From Eledone cirrhosa (taxonomy: Eukaryota), in the NCBI GenBank assembly GCA_964016885.1, contig OZ024740.1, positions 407,712,001 through 407,776,000 of the forward strand: 64,000 nucleotides of DNA, written 5' to 3'. Under the pieces are notes generated by a model. That model was not told the origin of the DNA, searched no databases, and saw nothing but the letters and a program-made list of their open reading frames with translations. Shown here piece after piece: positions 14,808-36,506 of the stretch; the first letter of the stretch is position 1; the number at the start of each line of letters is the position of its first letter. The translations under genes were made by a program, and so were the position numbers.

Positions 14808-16374
14808 TTTGCATCTCCTCTTGCCAATCTGTGGCGGAACTCACTGGATGCTGGATATGTGCCAGAAAACCTTCTAGCCAGTTGTCCCAGTTTTCAAAAA
14901 GGGAAACAAATCCCTTGCCGTGAATTACCGTCCAATCTCACTCACCTCTCATATCATTAAGGTATTTGAGCGAGTGGTGAGATCGCGAATGACCCACTTC
15001 CTTGAGAGTAACAATATGCTGAACTCCAACCAGCATGGATTCCGTAATGGAAGGGATTGCCTGACGCAGCTACTGCATCACTTTGATGACATTTTGAGAG
15101 CCTTGGGAGAGGGTTCCAACACTGATGTTATCTACCTTGATTTCAGCAAGGCCTTTGACAGGGTTGATCATAACATTCTACTGAGAAAGCTGTCCAATAT
15201 TGGTGTCACTGGAAAGCTGCTGCAGTGGATCAAGAGCTTCCTGTCAAACAGAACCCAACATGTTGTAGTTGAGGGAGTCAAATCAAGCCCAGCCAAAGTC
15301 AGTAGTGGGGTCCCACAAGGCACTGTGTTGGGCCCACTTCTCTTCATCATCTATATTAATGACATCACTGACATCATCAAACACAGCAACATTAAAATTT
15401 TCGCTGATGATTCCAAGCTCCAAAAGGTCATCAATGGCGTGGATGACCGGATAAGCCTTCAGTCAGACCTACTGGCTGTTACCCAATGGGCAGAAAAGAA
15501 CAACATGTTACTGAACGAAGACAAATTCGAACTGATCCACTTTGGAAAAGAGGATGCTCTGAAACTCCCGTACTCCCTTCCCTCCGGGGAAACTCTCGTG
15601 GCATCTAACAACATCAGAGACTTGGGAGTAAACGTGGACAGCAACATAAGCTGGACCACGCATATAAGCAGCAAAGTTGACATGGCCCGCAGAATGTGTT
15701 CTTGGATCCTCAGAACCTTCCAGTCGAGAGATTCCCGCACCATTATCCTTCTCTTCTCTACTTTTGCCCGACCACACCTTGAATACTGTTGTCCACTGTG
15801 GTCTCCCCACACGAAACAAAGTATCATGAAACTTGAAGCTCCTCAAAGGGCAATCACGAAAAAGATAGATGGCATGTCAGACCTTGACTACTGGGGTCGA
15901 TTAGAAAACCTGAAACTTTACTAACTCCAACGTCGCCGTGAGCGTTATATTACCTGCATGATGTGGAAAATGTTCCATCATCACTGCCCAAATGATGTTG
16001 GCATCGCCTTCAAGATACACCCAAGGCTTGGGCCCCGTGCTATCCGTCCCATTCAAAAATCTAAATCGCAACTCATAACAACAATACGGCACAATTATTT
16101 CACCTCAATCGGCCCTGCTCTCTTCAACATCACACCAGGACACGTCAAAACAGAAACTGACCACACAAAATTCAAGAAGTCTTTGGACAAATTCCTCCAA
16201 GTAATCCCGGACAAACCACCCACACCCGGATATGTCTCCGCAAACAGTAATTCTCTTCTCGAATGGGCCATGGTGCCCAAATCCTGAATTGAAAGACTTC
16301 GCCAGGTGGTGCTATTAAGTTAGACATGGCCTGGGCCAATACTGGCCAAAACATTTCAAAGTTATTCAAAGTTA
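14808..16374 (+). mobile_element. CR1-group LINE, 5'-truncated RT with premature stop at 15922-15924
   Basis: [49 protein letters not shown]; 3' end (TTCAAAGTTA)2. Confidence 0.9.
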
Positions 16375-17398
<1,024 letters not shown>

Positions 17399-18008
17399 GT
17401 CAGGTCACCAGTTGGTGCTACTGGTAACATGTATCCCAGTACAACCTGTCTCATGGTCGGGTCGTTGGCGACTAAACTGGCAACCCCACCAAGGTTTCTT
17501 GGTGAGGAGGGTGACTTTGGACATCCTGCAGGACTAAAAACAAAACCTGTCAAAGGGCAAAGGAGCTCTTAAGAGTCAATGGCCATCCAAAATCACCGGG
17601 AGAGATGACCCCTTAGCCTTTGTCAAGGCAGAATTCTAGGAGAAGGAAAACTCTGATATAACACCTGCAACCCTGATGGTATCCAATGATGTTGACTTGT
17701 TCTTCTTTTTGGTAAATATCATCTTGGTTAAGAGAGTGGGACTGGCTTTGTGCAGTGCCTTTGCTCACTATAAAAGCTTCACGGCACAGGCATTGCTTTA
17801 TATCTGGAGATCTCTCTGCACTTGTCGTCACATGGTACCATGGGCCCAGCACTATGTGTCAATAATTGTCACAAGTGTAGTGTTTGTACCAGAGTTTTCA
17901 AGTCGCTGGCTGGACTAAAAAGTCACACTCGTTCAGCGCATCGGTAGGGGTTCTCCTACATGGATATAAAGTAGTGGCCGTACTCGAAAACGAGTTGGCA
18001 GCCACCAT
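17399..18008 (+). mobile_element. Bipartite non-autonomous RTE-derived retroelement (~610 bp)
   Basis: RTE 5'-UTR-like motif CTAGGAGAAGGAAAACTCTGA plus a 3' part encoding [23 protein letters not shown] (C2H2 finger); second full copy at 56473-57080. Confidence 0.75.
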
Positions 18009-18017
18009 ATATATATG

Positions 18018-20399
<2,382 letters not shown>

Positions 20400-20400
<1 letters not shown>

Positions 20401-20913
20401 CATCATCATCATCATCATCAACGTTTAACGTCCGTGTTCCACGCTTGCATGGGTTTGGACGGGGGTAGTCCCACTTGAGGCAAGAGTGATTGTCTTGCTC
20501 GCATAGGACTGTCTGGCAGGTTTTCTACAGTTGGATGCCCTTCCTAACACCAACCACATTTACAGTGTGGGTCTGGGAGTTTTTACCGTGTTGCCTACAC
20601 GGCCACATTACAGCGTGGACTGTGTGTTTTTTTTGTCGTGACACCTACACGATCTCATTTGTTTCGGCCTGGATGGCGCGGCACCAACATAACTTTACAT
20701 AGAACGGGGTGGTGTGGATGGGGTGGGGGGTGGTGGCGGGACGGGGTGTATTTTGTTAGAGATGCCTACTGGCAAGGCGGGTCTTCTCTGTTACTGAGTA
20801 CCGCCAAAGGTCACGGTCCAGTGACATTGTCTTGGAGAGGTGTAAGTGTGTGAAGTCGGAGTTTATCAGCTCATCCCATGTTTTTCTAGGTCTGCCTATT
20901 CCGTGGCTACCGT
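20400..20913 (-). mobile_element. RTE family A 3' end, cut by assembly gap
   Basis: [15 protein letters not shown]...KTRLASRHL* plus 3' UTR and tail; near-identical to 26690-27205. Confidence 0.92.
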
Positions 20914-21113
20914 NNNNNNNNNNNNNNNNNNNNNNNNNNNNNNNNNNNNNNNNNNNNNNNNNNNNNNNNNNNNNNNNNNNNNNNNNNNNNNNNNNNNNNN
21001 NNNNNNNNNNNNNNNNNNNNNNNNNNNNNNNNNNNNNNNNNNNNNNNNNNNNNNNNNNNNNNNNNNNNNNNNNNNNNNNNNNNNNNNNNNNNNNNNNNNN
21101 NNNNNNNNNNNNN
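20914..21113. other. Assembly gap (200 N)
   Basis: Run of N. Confidence 1.
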
Positions 21114-21238
21114 ACATAGATCTGTTGAGTATGCATGCCAATTCTAACACATATATGTCCTAGAAACGATCGTTAAATAATGAACTTTTTTTGTTTAATA
21201 TAAGGAAATGTTTCATTGTTTTATTCATTATTTTTTTA

Positions 21239-23643
<2,405 letters not shown>

Positions 23644-23675
23644 AGATCAAAAGATGGTTAAAGGAGTTCCATATA

Positions 23676-23742
23676 TTTTATTATGCGCATTTCAAAAACA
23701 AACATCATCAAGTAATAATATTTGTGTTTTCATCAGATAAAA
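23676..23742 (-). ncRNA. Type I hammerhead ribozyme (left palindrome arm)
   Basis: Reverse complement of 23870-23936. Confidence 0.8.
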
Positions 23743-23869
23743 CAGGAGAACATGATATGAAGGCTAAAAAACACTTGTGGATAGTGCAGTTTTAAATCAA
23801 CATATCATATGTTGATTTAAAACTGCACTATCCACAAGTGTTTTTTAGCCTTCATATCATGTTCTCCTG

Positions 23870-23936
23870 TTTTATCTGATGAAAACACAAATATTATTAC
23901 TTGATGATGTTTGTTTTTGAAATGCGCATAATAAAA
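23870..23936 (+). ncRNA. Type I hammerhead ribozyme (right palindrome arm)
   Basis: TTTTAT-CTGATGA-stem II-GAAA-TGCGC-ATA-ATAAAA; palindromic stem III ATGCGCAT. Confidence 0.85.
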
Positions 23937-24061
23937 TATATGGAACTCCTTTAACCATCTTTTGATCTTATATTATGCATACTCCAGTCCCACAAACTGT
24001 AGAGTGCTTCTTATCCGATATCTGCATTGCTTTATTGTACTACAATAAAACTCACCTCCTA

Positions 24062-25777
<1,716 letters not shown>

Positions 25778-27205
25778 TTGGCGTCCATCAGGGCTCTGTT
25801 CTCAGCCCCCTACTATTTATTATTGCCCTTCAGGCTATAACAGAGGAGTTCAAGACAGGCTGCCCATGGGAACTCCTATACGCAGACGACCTGACACTCA
25901 TAGCGGAATCAATGGCCGAGCTAGAGAAGAAATTCCAAACATGGAAGCACGGCCTAGAGTCAAAAGGACTTAAAATTAACCTGGCTAAGACCAAAGTTCT
26001 AGTTTGTAGGAAAGAAAACAAGGCGGCGGTCCCTTCTGGGAAATGGTCGTGCTCGGTGTGTAGGAAAGGCGTAGGTAGAAACTCCATTTTATGTCCTAAA
26101 TGCAAAGTATGGGTGCATAAAAGATGTAGTGGGATCACAGGTAAGCTAACTAAGAACATAGATTTTACATGCGGCCGGTGTTCTGGTGCAATAAGTAGCA
26201 GCAAGTGCCCACAAAATACTAGCTCTTTCAATTGCGCAGAGGGTTCTATAGAAATAGTGGACAGCTTCCGTTACCTGGGCGATAAAATCAGCAGTGGGGG
26301 AGGGTGCTCTGAAAGTACTGTAGCTAGAGTCAGAACTGGTTGGAAAAAGTTCAGAGAGCTTATACCACTATTAGCTGCTAAAGGGTTCTCCCTAAAAATG
26401 AAAGGCAGGTTGTACGATGCCTGCATACGAACAGCAATGTTGCATGGTAGTGAGACCTGGGCATTGTGTGCAGAGGATATACGCAGACTAGAGAGGAACG
26501 AAGCTTGCATGCTCCGCTTGATGTGTAACAGTAATATACGTGAACGGCAAAGCATAAACGAACTAAGGAAAAAATTAGAGATAAGAGGGATCAGATGTTG
26601 TTTACTCGAGAGAAGGCTGCGTTGGTATGGACACGTGATGCGCATGAAAGTCGATAGCTGTATAACAAAGTGCAGGGCAATAAAGATAGACGGTAGCCAC
26701 GGAATAGGCAGACCTAGAAAAACATGGGATGAGCTGATAAACTCCGACCTCACACACTTACACCTCTCCAAGACAATGTCACTGGACCGAGACCTTTGGC
26801 GGTACTCAGTAACAGAGAAGACCCGCCTTGCCAGTAGGCATCTCTAACAAAATACACCCCGTCCCGCCACCACCCCCACCCCATCCACACCACCCCGTTC
26901 TATGTAAAGTTATGTTGGTGCCGCGCCATCCAGGCCGAAACAAATGAGATTGTGTAGGTGTCACGACAAAAAAACACACAGTCCACGCTGTAATGTGGCC
27001 GTGTAGGCAACACGGTAAAAACCTCCCAGACCCACACTGTAAATGTGGTTGGTGTAAGGAAGGGCATCCAACTGTAGAAAACCTGCCAGACAGTCATATG
27101 CGAGCAAGACAATCACTCTTGCCTCAAGTGGGACTACCCCCGTCCAAACCCATGCAAGCGTGGAACACGGACGTTAAACGTTGATGATGATGATGATGAT
27201 GATGA
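25778..27205 (+). mobile_element. RTE family A, 5'-truncated, remaining frame open
   Basis: [13 protein letters not shown]...YADD...PHD...KTRLASRHL* (stop 26847), 3' UTR, (GAT)n tail. Confidence 0.95.
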
Positions 27206-27218
27206 TATATATAATATA

Positions 27219-27261
<43 letters not shown>

Positions 27262-27454
27262 GTATATATATATGTATATATATGTATATATATATATGTA
27301 TATATATATGTATATATATGTATATATATATGTATATATATGTATATATATGTATATATACATGTATATATATATGTATATATATGTATATATATGTATA
27401 TGTATATATATGTATATGTATATATATGTATATATATGTATATGTATATATATG

Positions 27455-27485
<31 letters not shown>

Positions 27486-27761
27486 GTATATATATATGTA
27501 TATATATGTATATATATATGTATATATATGTATATATATATGTATATATATATATACATATATATATATACATATATATATACATATATATACACATATA
27601 TATACATATATATACATATACATATATATACATATATACATATATATACATATATATATATATATACATATATATATGTATATATATATATACATATATA
27701 TATACATATATATACATATATATACATATATATATATACATATATATACATATATATATAC

Positions 27762-28358
<597 letters not shown>

Positions 28359-28367
28359 AAATGTACA

Positions 28368-28718
28368 TGGAGGCACATGGCTAACTGCTTAGAGCATTGG
28401 CCTTGCAATCGAAAGGTTGTGAGTTCAATTCTCAGACCAGGTGCTGTGTTGTTTCCTTGAGCAAGACACTTTATTTCACATTTACTCAGCTGTAGAAATG
28501 AGATGATAGGGATTGGGGTCCATATCATTCCACTGCAATGTGGTCGTGGAGGTGCCACAGCAAAAAAGCACCCAGCACTCACTCTAAATGAGGTTGGTGT
28601 TAGGAAGGGCATCCAGCTGTAGAAATCCAGCTGTAGAAATCAAGCCAGAATCAGTTCCCGTCCCACCCTTGCAAGCAGGGAAAAAGCGGACGTAAAATGA
28701 AATGAAATGAAAAATGAA
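28368..28718 (+). mobile_element. SINE family 2, full length
   Basis: Same head and body; small internal deletion, duplicated CCAGCTGTAGAAAT, (AAATG)n tail. Confidence 0.92.
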
Positions 28719-31687
28719 ATATATATATCAGAAGTTGAGCAGAGATTGAACTGGTCAAAGCATTAAGTGACACTATTAATCTGACAAATTTCCATTATCA
28801 AAATTAACTGATCTAAGAAATTAGACATGCATTATATTGAACAACTTTACATTTCATCATACTATTGTCATTAACAATAACAATTGAAATAAAGAAAAAA
28901 AAAATTTTGAAATTTTTTTTGATATCTAAAATTTACCATTTCTATTATAAACAGAAATTAATGAATAAAAATAAGATAAGACAACTTTTGAAATGTACAG
29001 TTATGAGCACCATGACAAAATCAAATCACCAGAGTTTTTTACTAATTGCTAAAATGAAACTAAAACGACAACTTTGTGAAATTCAATAACTCAGAAATCC
29101 ACCAACGTTTGTATATAATTTTTTAAATTATACTGACCCAAATTCTACAGCTCAAAATTATTCAGAAAACAACAGATCCAAAGTTTTATCAAAAAGAATA
29201 TTGTCCAGTAAATATACTATAACTCAAATGCAAAATTACTAAGAAATATACGTAAGTTATAACTTATATATACGTAAGTTATAACTTAGTTTAAAACTTT
29301 AAATAGTAAACTGTAAGAACCATTTCCCAATACATATAAATATAGATCAAACATTTGGAGTTATGTTCTTCAAATTATCACAAAGTTAGATATATGACAA
29401 GAAAGCCATAAGCTATGTTTTTCAATTTGGTTCTATTTGGTTCTATTTGGTATCATAATACTTTATGGTATCATAATACTTTATGGTATCATAATACTTT
29501 TAGAATTTCTAAGAATTTTATAATTCTATTCCTACTTCATGATAAACCACAACACAGACATAAAAAATTCATAATGTAAAATTTATATAAAATATATAGA
29601 ATAAAATTCTCAAATACACATTAACATTCTCAGTAACTATTATTCAGAATTTTTTTCAAATCAGATTTCTAAAGTTCTAAAAAAAAAAAAAAAGTTATTG
29701 GTATTTTTACTTAGTATAAGCTAGGTATTATTAGCTTGAAAAATTCTTCAAGTACAAAAAATAGACATTAAACGAAATGTTCTCTTAGATATTTTAAAGT
29801 TTGGATTAATATTTCAGGCAACACAAATGTATATTCAATAAAGATAGCCAAGGCGATTGAAAATTGTTAGCATAAAACAGATCAAACACAAAGGAAATTA
29901 TTAATAGCTTGTTATGTCTTAAATGTTTTAAGTAGTGGAGAAAATCAAAGAGGATTTTGATGCGACCATGCTTTGATATCAATAAATGTTAGGCTTATTT
30001 TTGTGATACAAAAGGATTTGACACATCAATGATTATGTGAATAACATAATTTTCACATTGCAAATATCAACCACATATATTGCTTTCTTTTTTTAAAAAA
30101 TAGTTTTTCATATCACAATTTATTTCTGAAAATAACCCTAAAAAAACACGACACAATTCACCATGACCTTTAAAATATTTTAAATAAATACGTATTTCAA
30201 TAGATTAAAAATATGGGATTTTGCAAAAGATCACTGCAGCAAGTGGTAAGTGAGAGTAGAAAATGATTATTATAGTCTGGTTTTGTAAAGAAACACAGCA
30301 ATTGGGGTACAGACCCTGAATCATCATCATACCAATCACTTTCCATAAATCCAAAATTTCCAGAACCAATTCTGTAGACAAGAGAGAGAACTTTTTAAAA
30401 AAATAACCAATGTGTTCTAAACATTAAGTAGTAAATGATCTCTGAGTACTTTGAAATTATTTAGTGGCAATATGTCAAATGAACTAAAATACTGAGTTAA
30501 GTCATCTGCTCAAAAAGTATTTCCATATTTTATAAAAGGAATAATATATTGTAAGATATTCATGTTGTTTTGAAAGACATAGCAATGTAAGTGAAGTTAA
30601 GTGGCTACAACAGATAACTGAAACTCAGATGCTAAAACTTCAGTGAATTTACTTCTATTCTACAATGATAAATATTTTGAAAACTAAAAAATGTGAAAAC
30701 AGCTTAAAGTGCTATTTTACTATTTTTGATGGAATGTTGTAAAGCTTTGATATTTGGAATATTGAATTTTTACACACAACCAGCCAAGATACATAGCACA
30801 GCCAGTTTACTTTTATTCTTGGGTACTTTTCTTTTTAGATGTAGTCAAAATCTTATGAAACAGTATCATAAATTCTCAGTGTACTACAGATAGATATCTT
30901 TTATCCCACTTACGTATTACATCAGCTGCTCTCACAAGTCAATCATCCATACCCAGCTTTTCCAGCTCCCATCAGAATGTAGAATCTTTACAATTCAATG
31001 GAGAGTGGGTTATCTTAAGTAGTTTTCTCACAACTTTTCCCCAGAAATATAATATCTATGGTTCTATGTCACCATCATCATCGTTATCATTAAACAAAAT
31101 TGTATTCAATATATTCATTAAAACTTCTATGGGGTGTTTCCAGGTAATTTTTAACTATCCTTGATTATGCACAGCCAACCTCCAATTATTCTGAAGGAGA
31201 AGGAACATTTCTCATAGATTTTACAAACTCTTCAAGACTTATGAGACTGATGTTCAATTTGAAATTCCGTAGGTGAATATTTTAAGATAAAACGTTAGCA
31301 GAGAAGGAATTCTAAACAGTTGCAATTCTGAACATGAAAAAATAAGGCAGCTATTTATTTCAGGTTATGTGTGGGATCATACACTCTTGGGATAATGAGA
31401 GTAATAAAGTGCATCAAATGAATTTCAACTGGTTCAACTACTTCAGGAGAGCAGAGACCATGGAACTCATGATAAAAGAGGAAGGGTAAGGACACAGTAT
31501 ATCAAGAGACTTGTGGCTTTTGCATAATAGTGAGTAAATGCTAGCCTATCGGGGTTTAATGATATCCAGAATATTTGTTAGATCAATTCGACACACGTGG
31601 GCAAAGTTTATGCTTTGTACAGGGTTATTAGTTGCATTCTAGCTCTAGAATGTATTTATACAGTATGCATTATTCATTCTCATCACA

Positions 31688-31749
31688 CAATATATTAGAA
31701 ACAAATGATAGATTGCTTGAGCAATCTATCATTTATTTCTAATATATTG
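31688..31749. repeat. Short inverted repeat (~30-bp arms, 2-nt loop, 1 mismatch)
   Basis: CAATATATTAGAAACAAATGATAGATTGCT-TG-AGCAATCTATCATTTATTTCTAATATATTG. Confidence 0.85.
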
Positions 31750-32072
31750 CCAGATTATATGCTGAAACACTAATGATCAAATTGCTTAGGAAATGCATTT
31801 AAATGTATATTTGTTGGTGCAGATTAAGTGCATTTATGAAAAAAGTAATTATTCTGAGAATCCATCCATATAATAATTGATAGTTAAGTAGGGGAAAGCA
31901 TTTTAATGCTTGGAATATTAAAAAGCTTAAGAAACATTGGCCCTTAACTAGCTTTATTTTATAACATTATCCATCTTACTTTAGTATGTTAATGTCCAAT
32001 ACGATAAATACATTTTCACTCACATAACTATTAAGCAGTGTGTGACTGGTGTTTCCAAATAATTTCACATGT

Positions 32073-33418
32073 CTATAAGCCTACATTTTATATAAAAAGA
32101 AATCAGCTGTATTGTAGACATTTGCCAAATTTTCCACTGCATTATCACTGGTTTAAGGTTGTTTTGGGTGCAATTAATATTGGATACTACCAATAGTAAT
32201 GTATTTAAAATAAATAACCACCTGAGTATCCCAGTTTAGACCACCCTCACTCACTTTCTCCATCCATATCTTGCATACTCCTCTCACCTCATTATCTATG
32301 TACCCTACCTTAGTACTCCCTCATTCACTTCCTACAGTTCCTCTGCCTCCTGCTTATCCTATTCCATTCCAGTATGCAAAAGCAGCTCCCACATACATTC
32401 CTCCTTCACCCATGCCAACATGCAAAAATGGATGCACCCCATCTGTCCATCCAACCCTAATGTGGTTGACGTCTATTTTCCATGTTTGCATGGGTTAGAT
32501 GAGTTGTCACATTATGAGACTAGTCAGGTCAGGTAACAATGTTTTGCTCATATGGATATGTCTTTTGGATTGGTTTCTATGGCTTGATGCCATTCCTAAC
32601 GTCAACCACATTAGAGTGTGGAATGGGTGCTTTATATCATGGTACCAGCACAATCTCCTAGCAAAGTGAACTGGGTGTTCTTTTCCTTGTGTCACCAGCA
32701 TGACCACTTTACAGAGTCGACTGGGTGCTTTTGTTGTTGTTGCACCAACACTATCACTGTGCAGGGTTTACTGGGTGCTCTTTGTCGTGGCAGCAACACT
32801 GTGGGAGAGTATTTGTGGAGTGTGTCCAACTTTCCATGCAAGTATACTTGAGTTGGACAGGAGAGGTGTATTAGGAGTTTGGTGGGTAGTGGAGTACACC
32901 TTTGTCATCGATTAGACATCTATTTCCCACACCCTCATCAGCAGATAGGCTGTCATATTCTGAGACTAGGCCAAACACAAGGCCAGGCTGACTTTATACA
33001 CTCCATTTTTGTTTTTCCATGTTGGCATGGGTTGGATGGACAGATGGGGTGCATCCATTTTTGCATGTTGGCATGGGAGAAGGGGGAATGTATGTGGGAG
33101 ATGCTTTTGCATACTAGAATGGAATAGGATAAGCAGGGGGCAGAGGAACTGTCTTTGTAGGAAGTGAATGAGGGAGTACTAAGGTAGGGTACTTAGATAA
33201 TGAGGATGCAAGATGTGGATGGAGAAAGTGAGTGAGGGTGGTCTAAACTGGGATACTCAGGTGGTTATTTATTTTAAATACATTACTATTGGTAGTATCC
33301 AATATTAATTGCACCCAAAACAACCTTAAACCAGTGATAATGCAATGGAAAATTTGGCAAATGTCTACTTTTGTTCACAATACAGCTGATTTCTTTTTAT
33401 ATAAAACATAGACTTATA
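32073..33418. repeat. Long inverted repeat (~385-bp arms, 32073-32457 and 33029-33418) around a degraded RTE 3' end
   Basis: Arms align as reverse complements with a few substitutions and indels; spacer has a minus-strand RTE-like 3' UTR. Confidence 0.88.
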
Positions 33419-34884
33419 AGTACAAAAAGTTCAGAAAACTGCTTGTTTACTTGTGTTTGCAACAAATGATATTTTCCCCATCTCTTCAAAAGACAGACTG
33501 TATGTTTGTATAAAGAATCTGGAGCTACAAGGGAATATATATGGGCATTCAACATGGAAGTTCTAGAGAGCCTGAAGAGAAGGTAAGTATGATGTGTAGC
33601 ATTGAGTTTCATTAAAAGTAGAATGCAAGTGAGTGAATAATGAAGGCATCAGTCAATCTATGCAAAAGTATAACAACTACTATGGTGTAGACATATGGAA
33701 TGAATGGAACATATGAACTGGATAAAAAATGTAAGGTGCCTGTGGCAGATGAATACAAAAGAAAACATGGGAAAATATCCTGATTCTCACATATAAGATT
33801 ACACAAAAACAAGATAAATAGTAATATACTCAGAAATGTCCAGCAGAAACCACAATAGAAAAATGAACATTAAATTGAAGATAAGAATGAAGATTATTCT
33901 CCATTTTTTTCTGGTTTGCAAAGCATGTAAAAGATATATAGAATCATCTAAATGTACACAGAATCCTACTAAATAACTGATAATGTAAATATTCTCACTA
34001 AACACATACCATAGTTTAATACCCAAAACATGCACAAACTTGAGAACCTATTTACCAATATAAGAAGTGAGGGAGCCATATTCACTTGACTTGCTAAAAA
34101 TAGTAACCAAAATGTCTTCAAATCACATGCTACTGTCTTTAAAAGATGAAAAACACACTGGATAATATAGATTTAGACAAACTAAGCCTGAAGAAAAACA
34201 AAATTGACAAAGCTCACTGGAGTACCTATGATCATTCGCCTGCACAATAAAAAAATAACCTGGGGTTAAACAACAATAATTATTCCCTGTAACTAGGTTT
34301 TCCATTGTCAACCAGACTATATCATAAAAAGATTCTGGTTAAATATCAATACCTGATATTTAGGTGCAGAATACATTATTAAAAACTCTTTGATGCTGAT
34401 GTATTGCATATTTTATCAAATGTTTCTCTAAGCACCTCACTAATATTATTGATATTTATGTGCTTATTGGTTTCATTATCAATAATGCCATTAATTCTAG
34501 TAATATTAACCAACATTTTCAACACATTATTATAACCATTAACATTACAATTATTGTGGATTTAGAGTTGACACAGATAGTTTTAGCAGTAACACTCTTG
34601 ATTATTGGCTATATTATTATTGTTTCTCTCAATATTATTACTTTTGTTGATGTTAAAAGGTGTTAGTGAAGGAAACAACTATCATTAAAACTGTAAACAG
34701 ATTAGCTTATCAACTAATTAGGGCATTTAATATGAATGAAAACTTGCTTAATTTATTTTGTTATGCTTTTTAATATATATAACTGGTATTTTATTTACAT
34801 TGAACGACTTGGGCAGAGGTGGTGAGAGCTGAACTCAAATCGCTGAGACAATGATGAAGGAATGTGGTAAGTGGAAAGATGCTG

Positions 34885-34957
34885 TGCTGAGAAGAACTTG
34901 TCTAACCCATGCAAGCATGGAAAAATGGACATAAAAATGATGATGATGGTGGTGATG
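34885..34957 (+). mobile_element. Degraded RTE or SINE 3' terminus
   Basis: TCTAACCCATGCAAGCATGGAAAAATGGACATAAAAATGATGATGATG. Confidence 0.6.
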
Positions 34958-35129
34958 AAAAGATTATTAAATTATTATAGAAGTATTTAAATCTCATAAT
35001 TTTGAAGAGACATGCTTAGGTTTTTACTGACAGTAATTAAGAAAACATTATCTGTATACCAGCAATATAAATTTTTTTATTGGTTTGGTCAGGAAGGGTG
35101 GTGGAGTTTGTGCATGTGGTCATTGTAGG

Positions 35130-35560
35130 TTCTTCAAGAGTGATTAGATAAATGCGATTTACATTCCTTTTGGAGTTAATGGCTAAAGAAAAACATCTTT
35201 GTGGAGGAAGGACTGAGTTTGGTGATAAGTGCAGGGCCCAGAGGAATGGACACAATATGGATGATGAGAGAAAGGGAGACAAGTGAGTTTTGGAGGGTAG
35301 GTGGCATGAAATCAATCAGGTCTGAGAAGCAGAGCTCACTGTTGTATTGGTAAAAAAAGTAGAAAGAGTAGACAGCATGTCTACAGACCAAGGGTTGAAG
35401 TGTGTTAGTGAGTAATTTCATGTCAATCAGTTGCATGACCTTTCTTTGGATATAATCTAGAATGTCTGTGTATGTAGCAGCAGTACTCCACTGTGTTTCA
35501 CCTGAGCTTTGTAGAAGGTTAAAAGTTGTTGGGAGTCGAAATATTTTCTGGTTCTGAAGA
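35130..35560 (-). mobile_element. Old CR1/Jockey-group LINE 3' fragment
   Basis: ILDYIQRKVMQLI...LQPLVCRHAVYSFYFFYQY resembles the LDRVQRRAxxLI...LQPLxHRRxVASL C-terminal block of such LINEs. Confidence 0.6.
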
Positions 35561-35873
35561 CAAAACCCAGTCATTGTGATGCAGTCTTTGCTGAATTTAA
35601 TATTAGAAAACAATTACTTAGTTTCATGATTTAAAGGGATATAACAATGAATATGCTAGCATTAATCCTAACAGATGTCAGAGTTCAGTGAAGAAAAATG
35701 CTCAGAAGCTGATTAATATCATTTAATAGAGTTTTCCTACAAAAGTATTTCATGCTTGATGGCGGAATTATTTAAGTAGATTGTTGAGTAGACTGAAATC
35801 ATCACTAAGTAGACTTGTGGCGTTGACAAAATTGAACTAACATTTGGAAGAATTATACTAATTTATCCCAACT

Positions 35874-35914
<41 letters not shown>

Positions 35915-36464
35915 CTGTCTGACCTGAGATCATACAGTGATTAGATAAGTGAGGTGTATTGTAAATGTCTAAGAAGATCTCTCCTGCTTTCTCTTTCTCC
36001 AAACTGTTTTTGCAAACTTATTTAATGATACAGTAAAGATACATTATATATTAACTATTCAATACTTCAAAATGTACTGTAAAAAGTAAAGAAAATGTTT
36101 CAAAAGATCATTGGTATTCAACTTATATCTAAGAAAGACATTTAATAGGATTGATGTCTGGAGTGAGAGCTCACCATTATCTCTTACATTAGCCACATAG
36201 ATTACATTAATCTTGGCACTATGTGGTTGAGAGTAAAGTTACATTTAAATCTATGGAACCATGGTGAGAAATAATTTTATATCACAGATGAAGACTGCAC
36301 TTTAGCATTATCAGGACTATGTTGTAATTATGCATGTTTATATTATATTATTGGTCTCTGTAATCATATTATTACTGTAATTATTATATTGTAACTGTAT
36401 TTACTGTGATGGACTAAATTCCTGGTGGTATTTAGTAATATCCCTTTACATGCTGTGATTAAAT

Positions 36465-36506
<42 letters not shown>

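Larger units (their letters stand above)
23639..24061. mobile_element. Penelope-like terminal-repeat fragment forming a palindrome with 167-bp arms
   Basis: 23639-23805 is the reverse complement of 23807-23973; matches the 3' end of the PLE at 62326-62580. Confidence 0.88.

Noticed and set aside
28368-28440. tRNA gene
   Set aside because: A and B boxes are present but run into a SINE body with no proper acceptor stem; the same applies to all SINE heads
34212-34260. Possible minus-strand 22-nt micro-exon (TTTTTTATTGTGCAG...GTGAG)
   Set aside because: Splice-like signals only; no recognisable protein or supporting exons, needs RNA-seq
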